From Candidatus Kaelpia imicola (GTDB taxonomy: Bacteria > Omnitrophota > Gorgyraeia > Kaelpiales > Kaelpiaceae): a DNA stretch of 64,000 bases. Below, piece after piece: positions 58,437 to 64,000 of this stretch; the stretch's first letter is position 1; each line of letters opens with the position of its first letter. The stretch is from positions 3,516 to 67,515 of the forward strand of contig JAVCCL010000019.1 in assembly GCA_030765505.1 (NCBI GenBank). The letters are read 5' to 3'. The translations under genes were made by a program, and so were the position numbers. Below the pieces are notes generated by a model that worked only from the letters and a program-made list of their open reading frames with translations, was not told the DNA's origin and searched no databases.

Positions 58437-59095
58437 GAGGCTATAAGCTGGGCAGGTTTAGTTTTAATGTCAAAGGTGGCCGCTGCGAAGCCTGCAGAGG
58501 AGATGGTGTAAAAAAGATAGAGATGCATTTTTTACCAGAGATATATGTTCCCTGTGATTTATGTAAAGGCAGGAGATATAATGAGCAGACTCTGGATATA
58601 AAATATAAAGGAAAGAATATTGCAGAGATATTAGACTTGACCGTTGAAGAGGCTATAGAGCTCTTTAAAGAGATTCCCAAAGTATATTCAAAATTAAATC
58701 TCTTAAAAGATGTTGGCCTTGGCTATATTCATCTCGGTCAGCCCGCTACTACATTATCCGGAGGAGAAGCGCAAAGAATAAAATTAAGCACAGAACTCTC
58801 TAAACGTGGGACGGGTAAGACACTCTATCTTCTGGATGAACCCACTACGGGTTTGCATTTCTCCGACATCGAAAAACTCTTAACTGTGTTGCAGAGGTTG
58901 GTTGATAATGGGAATACAGTCCTCGTTATAGAACATAATTTAGATGTTATAAAATCCGCAGATTATATTATTGACCTGGGTCCGGGAGGAGGAGATGATG
59001 GAGGCGATCTGATTACAACAGGAAGCCCGGAGGAGGTTGCAAAATGCGGAAGATCCCGAACAGGATTATTTTTAAAAGAGATATTGAGAAGATAA
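58433..59095 (+). CDS. uvrA: Excinuclease ABC subunit A, C-terminal part
   Basis: [42 protein letters not shown]. Confidence 0.9.
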   Translation: MRGYKLGRFSFNVKGGRCEACRGDGVKKIEMHFLPEIYVPCDLCKGRRYNEQTLDIKYKGKNIAEILDLTVEEAIELFKEIPKVYSKLNLLKDVGLGYIHLGQPATTLSGGEAQRIKLSTELSKRGTGKTLYLLDEPTTGLHFSDIEKLLTVLQRLVDNGNTVLVIEHNLDVIKSADYIIDLGPGGGDDGGDLITTGSPEEVAKCGRSRTGLFLKEILRR

Positions 59096-59148
59096 ATTCG
59101 GAATGTTATTATGAGTCATAGGAATTACTTTAGCTATTAATTTATAAA

Positions 59149-61545
59149 ATGAAAAAAGTATTCTGTTCTCTAATCCTTGTTTTTATTATATCTTCTTTTT
59201 GGTCCCGGGTTTTTGCAGGAGAGGAAGAGGATTATTCTGCCCTTAAGCAGAGCTTTAGCGATAGTTTCTATAGCCTTGCTTTAAACGGTTGTAATGCTTT
59301 TTTTAAAAAATATCCCAACTCCGATTTTAAGGAAGATCTCTCTTTAATCAAGGGTTTAGCACTATTTTATCTCAAAGAATATCCTCAGGCGGTTGGGATA
59401 TTTGAAACTCTTCGAAATTCAAAAGATGCCAGGATAAGGCAGGAGGCTATTTTCTATCTCGGTAAACTCTATGCTTTAAGTAGAGAGTATGATAAAGCTA
59501 TTGAACTCTTGACCCAGCTTTTTGAATTAAATGAAGATGTTGTTCTGGGCAGTTTAGCCGGCTATGAACTGGGGTTGATTTACTTTAATAAGAGAGACTA
59601 CAGCAAGGCCGTTGAATATTGGGAAGAAGTTTTGAAGAGGCCGGCTATATCGGAAGATATAAGAGCAGAGTTGATACATAATTTGGTTCAGGCGTATATT
59701 AAGGTTGAAAATATAGATAAGGCTAAAACAGCTATTAAAGATAGTATAGATAAAAAGACGGCGGAGTATTATTTTTTGAGAGGCAAGGTAGACTATTTAA
59801 ACAAAGAGTATCTATCTAGCCTCGATAAGTTTAATCAAATTGTCCAATCCGATTTCTCTCCCTTTTGGATACAGAAAGCAGAGCTATCTAAAGTGTGGGT
59901 CTATATAGATATTGAACGTTACAGAGAAGCTGAAGAGATTCTTTCCTTGCTAGAAGATATAGTCTTAAAAGATCTTGAGGATGAGTTGTTTTATTTGAAA
60001 CCATTTCTATTTTATAAGAAGTCTAAATTTAGTCCGGCAATAAGAAATTACCAACGTTTTATCTATAGGTATAAAGATTCTGATTGGTATCAGAAAGCTT
60101 TTATAGAGCTAGTCGATTGTTATTACAATGTCAATAAACTTTTGCAGGCAGAGAAGATGGCCTTAAAATTCTTGGCTAAAGAACTCTCTTCTGACTCTGC
60201 CGATCGAATGCGCCATATGCTAGGCTGGGTCTATTACAAAAAAGGCGATTTAGAGAAAGCAGTTGTAGAGTTTGAATCAGTAGCCAATAATAGTAAAGAT
60301 ATAGACTTAAAGATAAATTCTTTATGTAGGGTAGGAGATCTTTTAGCAGAGATGGGTAGGACCGAAGAAGCAATGGATGAATATAATCTGATTTTAAGGG
60401 AGTATCCGGATTCACTCTATGCTGAGTATGCACAGTATCAGCTGGGTATATACTTGTTTCAGAAAGGAGATTATGAAGGTGCTATTTTAGCCTTTCGCGC
60501 TGCTATAGAGAACTTTCCTTCCTCACTCTTGCTTGATAAAGTACACTTCTATCTTGCCGGGGCCTATTTTAAACAGGGTGATTATGAAATGGCTTTAACT
60601 GAGATCGAAGCTTTTCTTGGTTCTGGACCCAGAGAAGACTTCAGAAAGAAAGCCTCTATCCAAAAAGCAGTCTTGCTTTACAATCTTGGGGATTACAGGG
60701 AAGCTGAAGAGTTCATCAAGGGTAGCGAAATTTTGGATCCCGACCCCTATGCCCACTTCGTTTTAGCCAAGGTATATTTAAAAGATAAAAAATTTCAAGA
60801 TGCGGATAGAGAGTATGATTGGCTGAAAGAGAATTTGGACGATCCGGATATGCTTGCATACTTCTATTTTCATAGAGCCGAATTAGATTTCTATCTTAAA
60901 GAATGGGATAGAGCCTGCTCTAATTTCCAGAATGCTTATCAGATAGCCAGAAAGGAGTATCTTAAAGAGCAGTCTTTATATTGGCAGGGCTGGTGCTATT
61001 ATAATAAAAATGATTTAGAGAAAGCGTTTGATATATTTGATATTTTAAAAGATTCTAAAACTCTCTCTCAAGAGGCAAGATATAATATAGCTTTGATTTT
61101 TAATGCTCAAGGCAGAGCTGAGCAGGCTATAAAGGTTTTAGAAGCTATAGCCGGTCAAGAAGGGCGGTTTAAGAGACTTGCAGTGCTAAAACTCGGCGAT
61201 ATTTATAAGGAGAGAAATAATCGTCAGAAGGCTTTAGGGCAATATCGTAGCCTGGAGGTCTCTCCTTACGATATAATTGCTGCCGAAGCCAGTTTTAAGA
61301 TCGGGGAGATCTATGAAGTCGAGAATAAGGTTGAGGATGCTATCCTGCAGTATTTAAGCCTCTCTGTTTTATATAGCGCAGAGTTATCTTTTGTAAATAA
61401 ATCAAGGATTCGGTGTGCCAGGTTACTGGAGAGAGAGGCTAGATATGAAGAGGCAGAAAAAATCTATAGAGAGGTAGCTATTACATCTTCTGAAGAAGCT
61501 GTATATGCGAAGGCAAGGTTAAAGAGATTAGAAGAATTAAAATAA
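59149..61545 (+). CDS. Periplasmic tetratricopeptide-repeat protein
   Basis: Signal peptide; many TPR units (YPDSLYAEYAQYQLG, FPSSLLLDKVHFYLA). Confidence 0.88.
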   Translation: MKKVFCSLILVFIISSFWSRVFAGEEEDYSALKQSFSDSFYSLALNGCNAFFKKYPNSDFKEDLSLIKGLALFYLKEYPQAVGIFETLRNSKDARIRQEAIFYLGKLYALSREYDKAIELLTQLFELNEDVVLGSLAGYELGLIYFNKRDYSKAVEYWEEVLKRPAISEDIRAELIHNLVQAYIKVENIDKAKTAIKDSIDKKTAEYYFLRGKVDYLNKEYLSSLDKFNQIVQSDFSPFWIQKAELSKVWVYIDIERYREAEEILSLLEDIVLKDLEDELFYLKPFLFYKKSKFSPAIRNYQRFIYRYKDSDWYQKAFIELVDCYYNVNKLLQAEKMALKFLAKELSSDSADRMRHMLGWVYYKKGDLEKAVVEFESVANNSKDIDLKINSLCRVGDLLAEMGRTEEAMDEYNLILREYPDSLYAEYAQYQLGIYLFQKGDYEGAILAFRAAIENFPSSLLLDKVHFYLAGAYFKQGDYEMALTEIEAFLGSGPREDFRKKASIQKAVLLYNLGDYREAEEFIKGSEILDPDPYAHFVLAKVYLKDKKFQDADREYDWLKENLDDPDMLAYFYFHRAELDFYLKEWDRACSNFQNAYQIARKEYLKEQSLYWQGWCYYNKNDLEKAFDIFDILKDSKTLSQEARYNIALIFNAQGRAEQAIKVLEAIAGQEGRFKRLAVLKLGDIYKERNNRQKALGQYRSLEVSPYDIIAAEASFKIGEIYEVENKVEDAILQYLSLSVLYSAELSFVNKSRIRCARLLEREARYEEAEKIYREVAITSSEEAVYAKARLKRLEELK

Positions 61546-61557
61546 AGGAGGTAGTAT

Positions 61558-62175
61558 ATGTGGAGCATGATTAGAGAAGGCGGACCGTTGATGTATCTTA
61601 TACTCTTATGTTCTGTTGTTGCATTTACGGTGATTATCGAAAGAATTATAACTTTAAGCAGAGCTAAGATAGATGTCCCTGCTTTTATGGATAAAGTTCT
61701 TGATGCCGTTAGAAGAAATAGGATTATGGCTGCAATAGAGATGTGCGATAGAACTTTTTCTCCCGTTGCAAGCATTATAAAAGCAGGGCTGCTTAAGCAG
61801 GCTGCAAGCAGGCAGGAGATCAAAGAAGCCATGGAAGAAGCTGCCTTAGTCGAGGTTCCAAAACTTGAAAAGAATCTCAATATTCTTGCAACTTTAGCCC
61901 ATGTGACTCCGCTCATAGGCCTTCTGGGTACTGTTACGGGTATGATTCAGGCATTTCAGGTAATTCAAGAGAAAGCCGGTGCGTTGAGCCCTGTTAGCCC
62001 GGGAGATTTGGCCGGCGGTATTTGGGAGGCTTTAACTACTACGGTAGGAGGCCTCTCCGTGGCTATCCCTACTCTTGTGGCTTATAATTTTTTGGTTACG
62101 AAGGTGGATAGTTTTGTTATCAATATGGAGAGAGCCTCAACAGAGCTGGTACAGGTTGTAAAAGGAGAGAAATAA
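61558..62175 (+). CDS. exbB: MotA/TolQ/ExbB proton channel protein
   Basis: GGPLM, PLIGLLGTVTGMIQAF, LAGGIWEALTTT.GGL.VAIP. Confidence 0.9.
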   Translation: MWSMIREGGPLMYLILLCSVVAFTVIIERIITLSRAKIDVPAFMDKVLDAVRRNRIMAAIEMCDRTFSPVASIIKAGLLKQAASRQEIKEAMEEAALVEVPKLEKNLNILATLAHVTPLIGLLGTVTGMIQAFQVIQEKAGALSPVSPGDLAGGIWEALTTTVGGLSVAIPTLVAYNFLVTKVDSFVINMERASTELVQVVKGEK

Positions 62176-62615
62176 TGAGATCTAAGGCTGTAAATTTTAG
62201 ACCCGGCGGATTCAATATTCCCCGTAAGACCTGTTTGCTCAAAGGAGATATAGATATTACGCCTCTCATTGATTGCGTATTTCTTCTGCTTATATTTTTT
62301 ATGCTTTCATCTTCTTTTGTTAGGCCTGCCGGTATAATTGTCAATCTTCCCAAAACTGTAACAGCAGAGGTTTTAAGAGAGGAGAAGTTTGTTATAGTTA
62401 TAACAAGCGATAATATAATACACCTGGAGGAAGAGGTGGTTACGGTAGATGATTTAAAAGAGGTTTTGGCTCAGAGAAAACAGAAGATAGACTCTCTGCT
62501 TATCAAAGCTGATGAAGAGGCTTCTCTGGGTAAGATCATTGAAGTCTGGGATATGTGCAGAGAACTTGGAATTGAGAAATTGAATATTGCGACTTTACAG
62601 GTAAGAATAGATTGA
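62175..62615 (+). CDS. exbD: ExbD/TolR family protein
   Basis: DITPLIDCVFLLLIFFM, VNLP, LIKAD. Confidence 0.9.
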   Translation: MRSKAVNFRPGGFNIPRKTCLLKGDIDITPLIDCVFLLLIFFMLSSSFVRPAGIIVNLPKTVTAEVLREEKFVIVITSDNIIHLEEEVVTVDDLKEVLAQRKQKIDSLLIKADEEASLGKIIEVWDMCRELGIEKLNIATLQVRID

Positions 62616-63148
62616 AAGTGTTTGTTTTGGCTTTTATCCTTTCTTTTCTCTGGCATGGTATTTTTATTTTTTTGATTCAGCCCGATTTTCTTAAAATAGA
62701 GATTGATTTTGGTATTCCCAAGATAAAGTTCTGGGGAAAGGTTTTTCAGAGTATTCGACCGTATCCCGATAGACAGGCAGCAGATAGAGAAGAGGCATTT
62801 TTTTTAGAGGAATTATTTAACTCAGAAATTACCCCAGAAAGGTTTTCCAAGGAACCCTACAGAGTCTCTTATCAGCCTCTGCTTTCGGTAAAGAGTAAGC
62901 CGGATCTAAAGGATATAGATTTGAGCAGGCAAGATTTAAAAGAGTATATTGTAGTTTCATCCGGCTTGGGAGTTCGGGGGTTGAGTTATACTGTCGAAAT
63001 TGATGATAATTCGCAGCCTATTATGGTGATAGCAGACACTATGAGCGGTGACTTTATTCAGGATTCCGAAAATTGGATAAAGATAAAAACAAGTTTTTTC
63101 TATTCTCCGATTAAGAGAGAGATTCTGTTTTCCGGAGAGGAGCTATGA
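62612..63148 (+). CDS. Hypothetical single-TM protein, possibly divergent TonB/TolA-like
   Basis: N-terminal TM with SFLWH (SxxxH TonB-like motif), coupled downstream of exbD. Confidence 0.5.
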   Translation: MKVFVLAFILSFLWHGIFIFLIQPDFLKIEIDFGIPKIKFWGKVFQSIRPYPDRQAADREEAFFLEELFNSEITPERFSKEPYRVSYQPLLSVKSKPDLKDIDLSRQDLKEYIVVSSGLGVRGLSYTVEIDDNSQPIMVIADTMSGDFIQDSENWIKIKTSFFYSPIKREILFSGEEL

Positions 63149-63378
63149 GTCTTAAATTAGAATGGATAATATTCCTATTTTTGTTCTTACCCTTATCAGC
63201 CATTATCCTGCTCTGGTTATTTTCGTGTCAAGAGAGAAAAGGTGAGAGCCAGCTTAGGAGAGATAAGATTTGGGAGTGTGAGATATGCTATGGTGTCTAC
63301 AGAGCAGATGGCAGGGACGAGATAAGTAAGTGTCCTCTCTGCGGCAGCTATAATAAAAGAGGGCCAGCATCTTTTTAG
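63145..63378 (+). CDS. Small membrane-anchored zinc-ribbon protein
   Basis: TM helix followed by CEIC..CPLCGS. Confidence 0.7.
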   Translation: MSLKLEWIIFLFLFLPLSAIILLWLFSCQERKGESQLRRDKIWECEICYGVYRADGRDEISKCPLCGSYNKRGPASF

Positions 63379-63405
63379 TTTATTTTTTTATCTTTTTAAG
63401 ATAAA

Positions 63406-63624
63406 ATGAATTTAACAAGGAGAGAGATGATTACCGAAGTTGGAATAGTGGCTGGAGAGATTTGGAACTATCTTGATAAAAACGGCAGAGTCTCTCTTAA
63501 AAAACTCATTTCAAATATAGAGAAGCCTAAAGAGATAATTCTCATGAGCTTGGGCTGGCTGGCCAGAGAGGGCCATGTTGTTTTAGAAGGGAAGAAAGAT
63601 TACAAAATAAGTCTTAGGAAATAA
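63406..63624 (+). CDS. Winged helix protein DUF2582 family
   Basis: VGIVAGEIWNYL..LMSLGWLAREG. Confidence 0.85.
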   Translation: MNLTRREMITEVGIVAGEIWNYLDKNGRVSLKKLISNIEKPKEIILMSLGWLAREGHVVLEGKKDYKISLRK

Positions 63625-63796
63625 TCTCCTTCTTAATTCCATGTTATTGTAACCCGTCTGTTTAAACATCTCCGTAGAGATATTATATTATAGTAAAAGT
63701 AATTTCTTGACAATAGAGTTGAAATAAGCTAAAAAGAATATAGTCTATATGAAGTTAATATTATAGGAGTAAATTGAGTTAAGAGGAATTAATATT

Positions 63797-64000
63797 ATGG
63801 GTAAGTTAATGGATGTTAGTGAACTGGCTGATTATCTTAAGCTTGAGAAGCAAACTATATATAATTGGTTGCATAAAAAGAAGATCTCAGGTATTAAAGT
63901 CGGCAGGGTCTGGAGATTTGATAAGAATAGTGTTGATGAATGGCTGAATTCACGCATAGTTCCTGCTAACCCCAGAGACGATAAAGAGACAAAAACACTT
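63797..64000 (+). CDS. Excisionase-like HTH_17 DNA-binding protein (runs off window)
   Basis: Read manually: MGKLMDVSELADYLKLEKQTIYNWLHKKKISGIKVGRVWRFDKNSVDEWL; TTGACA at 63707 upstream. Confidence 0.85.
   Translation, partial: MGKLMDVSELADYLKLEKQTIYNWLHKKKISGIKVGRVWRFDKNSVDEWLNSRIVPANPRDDKETKTL

Noticed and set aside
63797-64000. Prophage or ICE boundary suggested by an excisionase-like gene
   Set aside because: No integrase, att site or phage gene visible; HTH_17 proteins are often ordinary regulators

Overview
Replication-origin region of a diderm bacterial chromosome. Gene content and style suggest PVC-superphylum / Omnitrophota-like candidate lineages (inference only). Genes left of ~33.9 kb are on the minus strand and nearly all genes right of it are on the plus strand. 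The core is dnaA-oriC-dnaN-dciA-gyrB-gyrA-tRNA-Glu-glmS-rsmI, diverging from rpmH-rnpA-yidD-yidC-parA-parB-ndk-yicC-remA-gmk-rpoZ-coaC-coaB. It continues with tRNA-Cys/Leu/Val, thrS-infC-rpmI-rplT-ktrBA-pheST-rarA, a frameshifted uvrA and a TPR-ExbB-ExbD cluster. The left 23 kb is an unusual envelope/glycan module: a TolC with extra domains, an adaptor, two RND permeases (one fused to a cytoplasmic winged HTH), a membrane-anchored coiled-coil protein sharing a C-terminal domain with the TolC, an orphan sugar-binding lipoprotein, a ROK repressor, three CBM11/CIA30-like domains and a GH144-like glucanase. The most striking unexplained signal is a 12-bp motif (ATGATACGGTTA). It forms two 7-copy arrays in both orientations, overprinted on the 5' end of the TolC gene and on yidC, on opposite sides of oriC. 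Tandem DnaA-box pairs also sit inside the TolC gene and parA.
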